This document shows, piece by piece, positions 15,138-25,977 of a stretch of DNA of 64,000 nt. Each line of letters starts with the position of its first letter. The first letter of the stretch is position 1. Under the pieces are notes generated by a model. That model was not told the origin of the DNA. It did not search any database and saw only the letters and a list, made by a program, of their open reading frames with translations. Position numbers and translations under genes: made by a program. Location of the stretch: NCBI GenBank assembly GCA_964016885.1, contig OZ024747.1, positions 81,096,001 to 81,160,000 of the forward strand, read 5' to 3'. This DNA is from Eledone cirrhosa (taxonomy: Eukaryota).

Positions 15138-15502
15138 TGGTGGCTGCCAACTCGTTTTCGAGTATGGCCACTATTTTATATCCATGTAGGAGAACCCCTA
15201 CCGATGCGCTGAACGAGTGTGACTTTTTAGTCTAGCCAGCGACTTGAAAACTCTGGTACAAACACTACACTTGTGACAATTCTTGACACATAGTGCTGGG
15301 CCCATGGTACCATGTGACGACAAGTGCAGAGAGATCTCCAGATATAAAGCAATGCCTGTGCCGTGAAGCTTTTATAGTGAGCAAAGGAGCTCTTAAGAGT
15401 CAATGGCCATCCAAAATCACTGGGAGAGATGACCCCTTAGCCTTTGTCAAGGCAGAATTCTAGGAGAAGGAAAACTCTGATATAACACCTGCAACCCTGA
15501 TG
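15138..15502. mobile_element. 5'-inverted copy of the bipartite RTE-derived element
   Basis: 15138-15388 matches 25309-25558; 15382-15500 matches the reverse complement of about 25640-25759. Confidence 0.8.
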
Positions 15503-15800
15503 GTATACAGACATATACACACACATATACATACATATATATATATATATACAGACATATACACACACACACATATATATACATACATATATATATATAT
15601 ATATACAGACATATACACACACACACACCCGTCCCACCCTTGCAAGCAGGGAAAAGCGGACGTAAAATGATGATGATGATGATGATGATGATAACACATA
15701 ATCATATAATTACAAGAATCTTTAAATATCAAAAGAGTAAACTGGCATCATATAGCTAACATGTCTTCTATTACTATCTTAATGTATGTATACATGTATG

Positions 15801-15868
<68 letters not shown>

Positions 15869-16327
15869 TATATATAGAGAGATATTTATATACAATGTAG
15901 TGTCTGGTGCTTACGGCAATACAGGAACAATACACACAACTATGCAAGTATGATTCTTTGGAAAGAAATCTAAGAATGAATAAATTAATATAGTAAATAG
16001 CAACTATGGACTTTATTAATTTTTCTTTAGAATTCTACTGAGTTAGTGACAGGAGTGTCTGTGTCTGCTTTAAAATTTTCCAAAACTATGCACAAGAATA
16101 TATATAAATATAATAAATGTGATAATATATGTAAAAGAAAGCACTGTAAAAGAGTAACACCAGCAGAGAGGAAGTGAATATGTAGAGGTATGTATAGATA
16201 TAGTTTTGTTACAACCACACACGGTGGCACCAATCCAGTCTGATATCATCCTAAAGATAGGGGATGAAAGACATCTTCCCTAAAAACAGAATAAGGTGTA
16301 GGCTGATGAAAGAAATGTGTAGTTACA

Positions 16328-16905
16328 TTAATAATTGTTTCTACTTTAGGCACAAGGCCAGCAATTACCCAGTGCATTACTGGTACTTTATTTCATCGAC
16401 CCCCGTAAAAACAGAATGAGGTGTAGGCTGATGAAAGAAATGTGTAGTTACATTAATAATGATTTCTAGTATAAGCACAAGGCCAGCAAATTTTGGGGAG
16501 TAGAAAGTCAATTAAATCGACTCCAGTGCATTACTGGTGTTTTATTTTATCGACCCTGTAAGGATAAAAGGCAAAGCTAACCTAACCTCAGCAGGATTTG
16601 AAATCAGAACATAAAGGGCCATAACTCTATGCTGCAAAACATGGTGTCTGTCTCTCTACCAATACTGCCAATCCACTGCCCTATGATTTCTAGTATAAGC
16701 ACAAGGCCAGCAATTTTTGGGGAGGGGAAAGTCGATTAAATCGACCTCAGTGCATTACTGGTACTTTATTTTATCGACCCTGTAAGGATGAAAGGCAAAT
16801 CTAACTTAACCTCAGCGGGATTTGAACTCAGAACGTAAAGGGACATAACTTTATGCTGCAAAGCATGGTGTCTGATGCTTTATCGATACTGCCAATCCAT
16901 GACCC
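16328..16905 (-). mobile_element. Stack of three SINE family A copies
   Basis: Three head-to-tail matches; a ~53-bp flanking duplication at about 16282 and 16407. Confidence 0.85.
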
Positions 16906-17463
16906 TTGTAGCTACATTAATAATATCTGTATATATCTATATATTATTTCATGCTAATAAAGTCTTTCCTAAGTCTTAATAAAGCATAAATCCTTATTAT
17001 CAGGCCAAACCTATTCTGAATCATATAGCTGTATTATTACCAGCATATGGTATATTTTTCATCATTAGGCTATATCATTGGCTGAGATGTTAGAATGTTT
17101 GATAGAATGCCTTGTAGTAATCACTGAGGTCAACATTGCATTTCATCATTTTAAGATCGATAGATAAAGTACCAATCCAGTATTGCAGTTGATTCCTTGT
17201 TTTTCTCTCTTTCTCACTTTCTTTCGTTTGAAAAAATTGGCTATGTTCAGATATGGAGATCGATAGACTCTACAAGATTTAAAAATACCCAAGACTTGCT
17301 ATATATCATGACTGTACCCCTACAACTCCTTCAGGAGTTCAAAGCTCCTTGGTATGCTTTATCCAATGATATTTCATGCTAAATAATTTTGCTAGGTGTT
17401 TGGGGAGAAGTAGTTTGTCACAAAGAAAACAACAAACTCCTTGTAAACAGCTTTGATATTTAA

Positions 17464-17640
17464 CCCTTTAGCATTTACATTACTCTATATTTATTTTTGT
17501 ATCTCACATAATATCAAATCTATGAGATTTTGATATTATTTATTTTGAGAACAATACCTTAACATCACTATGAGCAGCCAGATGTAGCTGGTTTGAACAG
17601 AAGGTGAGAGAATTCTGGTTGAATATGGCCAGTTTAAATA
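17464..17640. mobile_element. piggyBac-type MITE family 1 (partial, inverted relative to 36721)
   Basis: TTAA-CCCTTTAGCATTTACATTACTCT start; homology to 36721-36941. Confidence 0.65.
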
Positions 17641-19529
17641 TCACTATCCTGCCTTTCAAAATTAATTAGCTCAACCAAGTTGTCGAATGAATATACTATG
17701 GTGTGTTGGGTAGACTAACCAAATACTTTGTTAATCTCTTGTTCTAACTCTATAAACAATAGCAGTAAGTAAATAATCATTGCTTCTTACATTGGCATAA
17801 AAGCTGAAAATATTGTGGGAGGAAAGAGAAATTGTGATTTTGTTTCATTTTTCAAGGTCAGAAGTATGTAAGTCAAGTATTTCTAACAGAAATTGAAACT
17901 ATAGTTATAGACTAAGTATTACATTAGGAATTTATAACTAAAGTATCACATTGATAACTACAAAATAGATATTAATAAGGAGGTAATACAAAGCTATATT
18001 CTATAGTAAGAAACAGGTGTTGGCAGCCGGAATTGCTGCAGTAAAGTTTAGACAACTATGGAATTTGAATTTAGAGACATAAAATATTGCAGGCACAATA
18101 AAAAGCATCTGCTCTAGCAGACATAAATAATGAGAACAGTAATAGTAACAATTAATATTGATGGTAATGTTACCTGTTAGTTAGGTGTCAAATATAAATC
18201 CTGATACATCATGTTATCTTCCTTCTTGATAAATAATAACAGTCAGAGAAGACGTAGATATCTCATTGAAAGAAACAATTACAATACAAGCTTTAATATT
18301 GAGATCTTCATCATTGATTCTAACTCTGTATGAAAATATAATTTTATATTAACTCAATGTCTACAAGACAATATCAAATAGTGAGATCTTTTCTCTCGTG
18401 GTGACCTTTAATATTACTGCATTTGCTTTTACTTTCTACAGTGTTGTATATTTAGATGGCTCCATTTACATAGCAAAGATTCATGGAAAACCTCATCAAG
18501 TGATTTCCCTAAACAGACTATCTGAAGGTTGAAATTAAGACGAAGAGCTGCTAATTATGTCAATAATTTCTATAACTGTCATAATATATAAACTTGTAAG
18601 GTTTGTATTCCACCTTTATGCCTGTCTATTGTTGAGGAAAGTTGTGTGTTTCTAGATAAAACATCAACCATGTTTATAGTAATTTAGGTAGGTGAGACAA
18701 TAAAAACAATCAAAATTAATAAAGGGGGTGCAGCATAATAAAGAAAATAACTAAGTTATTTAATGCTCTACAAGTTGTTCTTTCATCATACTGACTAACC
18801 AAGGTATTCTTTAAGAAATGTAAGGCACTAAACCAAATACTTCAAAACCTTTGAAACCAAACTGCATTGAAACACTCCGTGTTCGAGGATACAAAGCTGT
18901 TTGTTTTAAAGTTTTCATATTTACCTAAAAGTCTTCCATCACAAATGCTCCAAACACCAACTTAATAATGAGAAAGTTAGTTGTATTATTAAATCCCTTC
19001 TCATATTTATATTTTTTTAATGATTTTTAAATCACAGGCAGTGTCTTCCATTAGAAATATGCTTTAAAAAATGGATAAACAAGGTTGGCAATCGATCAAC
19101 TTAGTTTGACAGGAGGAATTATCACTGATTTACATAATTCTACTGTATTTAATATATTTTGTCACATATCTATTGTAGATACATAAAATAACATACTATC
19201 TCCTGTGCCACTATGCAGTATGTTTCAGTAACCACTGCGACAAATTTATCATTAAAATGTCAGCTGAAATGTAAAAGAATTCCAACTAATAGATAGACAC
19301 ATGTCTTGAAAGTAATACAGAATTTTAGTTTCATGTTGATTTCTACTGTGAGTGAAGACAACACAGCATGCTAGAATTGATTTTGCAGAAGTATAAATTG
19401 TTCATCTACATAATCATCATCATTTATCTCTGCTAGATAAAGTAGCACACATATTATTTTCTTCAGCCCAAACAAGGCAATAAACCCACTAAAAGCAAGG
19501 GGATTCAAAACGAAATTTAACAATTCAAC

Positions 19530-19700
19530 ACAATAGAAATAGGCTTATATAAAGATGATCGATTGGTGATATATCCCTGCATTAGATAGTTTTAAAAGAC
19601 CTTAATAACAACTTCAACTTCATAATAACTTTCAACACTAACCTAAGTATATTGTAAAGTTATTCGATGCTACCGTCACCTTAGACATGGAAACATAGTA
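19530..19700 (+). pseudogene. Decayed Naiad-type PLE RT fragment
   Basis: IGLYKDDRL and ITFNTNL..VKLFDATVTLDME parallel GLYRDDGL..KITLQTSLTRVNFLDVTLDLE in the intact element. Confidence 0.5.
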
Positions 19701-19959
19701 ACCAACTTATGAACATTGTTGAAAGAGTATTGGCACAACTCATTTGAGAAGCTGTTGATCTATCATATAAAAAGACACGACAGAGCTTTGCTGGTAGGTT
19801 TATGGCCAGTAGAAAGGGGAACAAGCCTGAAGTGATCCAGTATTACGTTGGACATCTAAGAGATGGTCCCTAAAACTGTCTGTCATATCTTCTCACTCTT
19901 AGTCATGATCCTTTCATTGCATCTTCACAGCCACATGCATACATTCCATCTCTTTATCT

Positions 19960-20380
19960 CCTTCTAATCCAACTCCTCTTCATTATGGACATCATCCCTT
20001 TATAGTTTTATCTCCCAACACAAACGACTTCTAGTCCTAAATTACTCCCTTGCCCATTGTACTCTCCTCAAGCCCAAAATTCCTACTCTCCATCACCTTA
20101 CTGAACAAGTACCCATCCTATTCTATTTCTAAGGACTCCCATCAAATGGTTTCAGGAATGAACATGGAAACCAAGATTGGCCCCCAACTATGCCAACCTA
20201 TTAGACTCAAATATCAGCTCAGTTCACAGGACCCTACCTAGAGGAATACATTCATTACACCAATGACATTATCTGTACCACCTCACTGACCTGTGACCAG
20301 TTCAAATCCTTCAACACATTTATCAGCTCCTTCTAGCCTGCACTAAATTTTACACTTGCCATCTTCAATATCATTGTTAA
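19960..20380 (+). pseudogene. Decayed PLE RT fragment (Neptune/Poseidon-like)
   Basis: Frameshifted motifs LFIMDI, SGMNMETKIG..NYANL (cf. GTAMGTxMAPxYANL), YTNDI (cf. YIDDI), PALNFT. Confidence 0.55.
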
Positions 20381-20413
20381 TTACATGTATAAATAAACAT
20401 AAGCATATGTGTA

Positions 20414-20586
20414 TCATCATCATCATCATCATCGTTTAACGTCCATCTTCCACGCTAGCATGAGTTGGACGGTTTTGTTCCGCTTGAGGCGAGATTGGTC
20501 GGGAGACCGTGTCTCGCTTGTACAGAACTGTCCCTGGCAAGTTTTCTATGGCTGGATGCCTTTCCCAACACCAACCACATTTATAG
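20414..20586 (-). mobile_element. SINE/RTE-tail fragment with (GAT)n tail
   Basis: Shares GGATGCC..CACCAACCACATTTA and the RTE tail with family B. Confidence 0.7.
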
Positions 20587-20950
20587 TATGAATATATATA
20601 TAAATATACACCCATGCAAATGTTTTATGCACATCTACACATTAGATACAGGCATACAAATAGAAATCTATTTTTATATATAGATAAGATTTATGTTTGA
20701 ATTTACATAAGTATATGTATGCAATATATATCATATACGCATGCATATAAACATGCACCCTTTCATACACAAACATGTAATATATACACAATGACAGTAG
20801 ATCTAAATCAAACATAGAAACAAATATATTTATAGCAATACGAAAGAGTATTTACACAGATACATAATCATTGAATACTTATGCACAGATTTTATTATAT
20901 TTTCATATTTACACACCAGACGATACCAATATATTGTAACCAATAAATAT

Positions 20951-21034
<84 letters not shown>

Positions 21035-21094
21035 GATATATATATATATATATGATATATATATATATATGTATGATATATATATATATATATA

Positions 21095-21936
21095 TCATCA
21101 TCATCATCATCAACGTTTAACGTCCGTGTTCCACGCTTGCATGGGTTTGGACGGGGGTAGTCCCACTTGAGGCAAGAGTGATTGTCTTGCTCGCATAGGA
21201 CTGTCTGGCAGGTTTTCTACAGTTGGATGCCCTTCCTAACACCAACCACATTTACAGTGTGGGTCTGGGAGGTTTTTACCGTGTTGCCTACACGGCCACA
21301 TTACAGCGTGGACTGTGTGTTTTTTTGTCGTGACACCTACACGATCTCATTTGTTTCGGCCTCGATGGCGCGGCACCAACATAACTTTACATAGAACGGG
21401 GTGGTGTGGATGGGGTAGGGGTGGGGGTGGTGGGACGGGGTGTATTTTGTTAGGGATGCCTACTGGCTGGAGTAGGTTTTACTATATATTTAGGTAAGGC
21501 GGGTCTTCTCTGTTACTGAGTACCGCCAAAGGTCTCGGTCCAGTGACATTGTCTTGGAGAGGTGTAAGTGTGTGATGTCGGAGTTTATCAGCTCGTCCCA
21601 GGTTTTTCTAGGTCTGCCTATTCCGTGACTACCGTCTATCTTTATTGCCCTGCACTTTGTTATACAGCTATCGACTTTCATGCGCATCACGTGTCCATAC
21701 CAACGTAGCCTTCTCTCGAGTAAACAACATCTGATCCCTCTTATCTCTAATTTTTTCCTTAGTTCGTTTATGCTTTGCCGTTCACGTATATTACTGTTAC
21801 ACATCCAGCGGAGCATGCAAGCTTCGTTCCTCTCTAGTCTGCGTATATCCTCTGCACACAATGCCCAGGTCTCACTGCCATGCAGCATTGCTGTTCGTAT
21901 GCAGGCATCGTACAACCTGCCTTTCATTTTTAGTGA
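21095..21936 (-). mobile_element. 5'-truncated RTE LINE (ORF end 21936-21490) with a SINE-like 3' UTR and (GAT)n tail
   Basis: SLKMKGRLYDACIRTAMLHGSETW..RRLRWYGHVMRM..GRPRKTW..EKTRLT*; the UTR continues into SINE-B-like sequence. Confidence 0.88.
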
Positions 21937-21938
21937 TA

Positions 21939-22295
21939 CGAGGGTAATCCCAAAAGTAAGGTCTATAAAGTGATGGGGATGCAGAGAAATGGTTTGTATG
22001 GCTGTTGGCAACACTGTTGTGATTGGTACTTCCTTCACTACCAAACAAGCATGCACGCGCTTCACTGGGATGCTCAATCTTGAGTTGGCAGCTGTTGAGA
22101 ATGGAGCTCCCGTTGAACGCTACCGCCAAGTGCAAATTTTGCGCAGTTATTAAATAGAGGGCAATCCCAAAAGTAAGGATCACTCTGGATGCTCTCTGCA
22201 TTTTGGTTCCTGAGGTTTCCCGAAGCAACACCCACAGGATTTTAACGGAAAAGTTGCAATAACGGAAGGAGACTTTACTTTTGGGATTGCCCTTG
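21939..22295. mobile_element. mariner-type MITE
   Basis: TA-CGAGGGTAATCCCAAAAGTAAGGTC ... GACTTTACTTTTGGGATTGCCCTTG-TA; extra internal TIR copy at about 22155. Confidence 0.8.
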
Positions 22296-22332
22296 TATAT
22301 ATATATGATATATATATATATATATATATATA

Positions 22333-22668
22333 TTAGTGGTTAGAGCATTGGCCTTGCAATCGAAAGGTTGTGAGTTCAATTCTCAGACCGGGTGATGTGT
22401 TGTTTCCTTGAGCAAGACACTTTATTTCACATTGCTCCAGTTTACGCAGCTGTAGAAATGAGATGATAGGAACTGGGGTCCCTATCATTCCACTGCAAAG
22501 TGGTCGTGAAGGTGCCACGGCAAAAAAGCACCCACCACTCACTGTAAATGAGGTTGGTGTTAGGAAGGGCATCCAGCTGTAGAAATCAAGCCAAAATCAG
22601 TTCCTGTCCCACCCTTGCAATCAGGGAAAAGTGGACGTAAAATGAAATGATGATGATGATGATGATGA
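22333..22668 (+). mobile_element. SINE family B (tRNA head, CORE-like domain, RTE tail)
   Basis: TAGTGGTTAG..GAGTTCAATTC head; CCTTGAGCAAGACACTT CORE-like segment; tail matches the RTE at about 32450. Confidence 0.88.
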
Positions 22669-22689
22669 TATATAATGTAGGAGATGAAT

Positions 22690-22910
22690 TTTATTGTAGC
22701 ACAATAAAGCAATGCAAATATTGGATAAGTAGCACTCAACAGTTTATAGGACTGCAGTATAAATAATATAAAATCAAAAGATGGTTAAAAGAGTTCCATG
22801 TATTTTATTATGTGCATTTCAAAAACAAATATCATCATGGGATGATATTTGTTTTTGAAACGCGCATTATAAAATAAATGGAACTCTTTTAACCATCTTT
22901 TGATTATATA
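22690..22910 (-). mobile_element. Palindromic PLE-pLTR-like remnant with truncated hammerhead
   Basis: Inverted arms 22767-22836 / 22841-22910; GATGA..GAAACGCG-CA..AATAAA; GTTGAGTGCT on the minus strand at 22731-22740. Confidence 0.55.
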
Positions 22911-23314
22911 TATATATAACAAATACCTACATTATTACCACATGCCTCTCTAACAAATTGCACACTATCTTAAACATTTATAACAATTATAACATGCTTT
23001 AACACCCCACACAAAGTATGTTTATTTCAATTGCATTATAACTATTTCCTCATACATGCCTTATTGACTGTATTGACTCCTGCATTGTACACCAATTTTC
23101 CTTGCTTATAACTTTTTTGCCTGTATATTCTTTTGCTTGTGCTTTTCACTTATACATCTTACACCTTCAACCAGTACTGCCTGTAATTGTGTTCTTTCAA
23201 GCTGAACATCTTTTTAACTCCTGACTCTCCATATGTTACCTTTGACACTAACAATTATGTACCCTAAATGTTCTAAATGACTAGTATTTTAGTAACATGT
23301 TTCGACATTCCCTA

Positions 23315-23361
23315 TGCTCCGATGATTCCAGACTTCCCTCTGGAAGAAACAATTGTCAGCA
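23315..23361 (+). ncRNA. Minimal type-I hammerhead ribozyme
   Basis: TGCT-CCGATGA-TTCCAGA(cttccc)TCTGGAA-GAAA-CAATTG-TC-AGCA, then AATAAA; perfect 7-bp stem II, palindromic stem III, GUC triplet. Confidence 0.82.
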
Positions 23362-23744
23362 AATAAATGTTCTAAACTAAAATTTGATCGTTTTAACATT
23401 TTGTATCTCAGCTCTGTAAAACACTTGTAAATTTGCATTGAGCCTTTTGTCATACCGGTAACCGGCTAGTACTTAGTACTACCCTCCATATTTGGAGCTG
23501 TATCAAACATATATAAATATAAATATTCTTATTACTATATATATATATAAGATATATACATATATAAGATATATATATATATATACACATATATATATAC
23601 TCATATATATATATATACATATATATGCACCCATATATATATACACACATATATCATCATCATCATTATCTTCGTTTAACGTCCATTTTCCACGCTAGCA
23701 TGGGTTAGACGGAGCATGGGTTATATGTATATACACACATATAT

Positions 23745-23986
23745 CATCATCATCATCATCATCGTTTAACGTCCATATTCCACGCTTGCATGGGTTTGGA
23801 CGAGAGTTTTCCCACTTGAGGCAAGAGTGGTTGTCTTGCTCGCATAGGACTGTCTGGCGGGTTTTCTACGGCTGGATGCCCTTCCTAACACCAACCACAT
23901 TTACAGTGTGGAACAGGGAGGTTTTTACCGTGTTACCTACATGGCCACATTACAGCGTGGACTGTGTGTTTTTTTGTCGTGACACG
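23745..23986 (-). mobile_element. 3' fragment of the RTE/SINE chimera or a related SINE
   Basis: High similarity to 21095-21340. Confidence 0.8.
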
Positions 23987-24229
23987 TACATGTATATATA
24001 CATATACATATATACACACATATATATATATACATATATATACACACATATATACATATACATATATATATACACATATATATATATATATATATATACA
24101 TATATATATACATATATATATATACATATATATACATATATATATATATACATATATATATACATATATATATATACATATATATATACATATATATATA
24201 CATATATATATATACATATATATATATAC

Positions 24230-24260
<31 letters not shown>

Positions 24261-24269
24261 CATATATAC

Positions 24270-24338
<69 letters not shown>

Positions 24339-24378
24339 CATATATATATACATATATATATATACATATATATACATA

Positions 24379-25000
24379 TACAAGTTATATATTAATATAT
24401 ATGATGAACACAAACGTGTTTGTATTGACATAATATAGTATATTGCTCCTTAACTGTAGAGCTGATCTTCAATCCCGTATAAACGGCTGTTATTTCTAGC
24501 ACCGGGAGTACGGGATGGCTAGTATATCTGGCTACACCACGTGTAATGAGACCTGCAAAATTTTTGAAGGAAGGTGGAATGTACTAATTTTACTGGATTC
24601 CTGTTGATAAGCACAGAAGATTTGGATATTTCACTTTTTATTTCAATTTCATTTCGTTTCTCTTTATTTTTCAATTCATGTACCATCGTTGCGAAACATA
24701 TTTGGGTTTCGAAGTTCAAATTCATCTACGGAACGGGTTTGGATTTTGAAATTTAAATATGTCCAGGAATCACGGCTTTTGCCAATATAAGCTTGTCTTT
24801 ATTGACTTATATCGAGACAGACAAATTGTATTCACTTTAATTAGTTTATTTCATGCTAGCTAACTTTGTCTCTTACAATACAAACACGTTTGTGTTCATC
24901 ATATATATTAATATATAACTTGTATTTCACTGCTCAGAAATGCCTCTTTCTTTGAGCTGATTAATTGTAAACGACTATGAGTTTAATCTCTAAATATAAT
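24379..25000. mobile_element. (TA)n-flanked element with 49-bp inverted repeats (PLE-pLTR-like or MITE)
   Basis: 24379-24427 is the reverse complement of 24876-24924; unique sequence continues past the right arm. Confidence 0.55.
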
Positions 25001-25141
25001 ATAGTATATATATACATATATAATTATATACATATATATATATATACATATATATATATACATATATATATATACATATATATATACACATATATATACA
25101 TATATATATACATATATATATATATATACATATATATACAC

Positions 25142-25174
<33 letters not shown>

Positions 25175-25189
25175 CATATATATACACAT

Positions 25190-25220
<31 letters not shown>

Positions 25221-25308
25221 CATATATATACACATATATATATACATATACATATATAAATACATATACATATATATACATATACATATATATATATACA
25301 TATATATA

Positions 25309-25910
25309 TGGTGGCTGCCAACTTGTTTTCGAGTATGGTCACTACTTTATATCCATGTAGGAGAACCCCTACTGATGCGCTGAACGAGTGTGACTTTTTA
25401 GTCCAGCCAGCGACTTGAAAACTCTGGTACAAACACTACACTTGTGACAATTATTGACACATAATGCTGGGCCCATGGTACCATGTAATGAAAAGTGCAG
25501 AGAGATCTCCTGATATAAAGCAATGCCTGTGCCGTGAAGCTTTTATACTGAGCAAAGGCACTGCACAAAGCCAGTCCCACTCTCTTAACCAAGATGATAT
25601 TTACCAAAAAGAAGAACAAGTCAACATCATTGGATACATTCAGGGTTGCAGGTGTTATATCAGAGTTTTCCTTCTCCTAGAATTCTGCCTTAACAAAGGC
25701 TAAGGGGTCATCTCTCCCGGTGATTTTGGATGGCCATCGACTCTTAAGAGCTCCTTTGCCATTTGACAGGTTTTGTTTTTAGTCCTGCAGAATCTCCAAA
25801 GTCACGCTCCTCACCAAGAAACCTTGGTGGGGTTGCCAGTTTAGTCGCCAACGACCCGACCATGAGACAGGTTGTACTGGAATACATGTTACCAGTAGCA
25901 CCAACTGGTG
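25309..25910 (-). mobile_element. Bipartite non-autonomous RTE-derived element (5' UTR + C-terminal zinc finger/3' UTR)
   Basis: RTE-5'UTR-like CTAGGAGAAGGAAAACTCTGA; 25446-25369 reads [25 protein letters not shown]; no RT between; (TA)n flanks. Confidence 0.72.
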
Positions 25911-25914
25911 ATAC

Positions 25915-25974
<60 letters not shown>

Positions 25975-25977
<3 letters not shown>

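Noticed and set aside
16303-16325. CTGATGA..GAAA here and at 6198 and 12938
   Set aside because: No stem I/II pairing; chance matches or SINE remnants.
18442-18532. Plus-strand acceptor followed by VVYLDGSIYIAKIHGKPHQVISLNRLSEG*
   Set aside because: No recognisable homology or strong donor, and no partner exons.
21937-22077. N-terminal part of the 195-aa minus-strand ORF
   Set aside because: It reads through the mariner MITE; only 21936-21490 is RTE.
25908-25974. N-terminus MIHIYIY.. of the 592-aa ORF
   Set aside because: It is a microsatellite flank; the true N-terminus is lost by 5' truncation.
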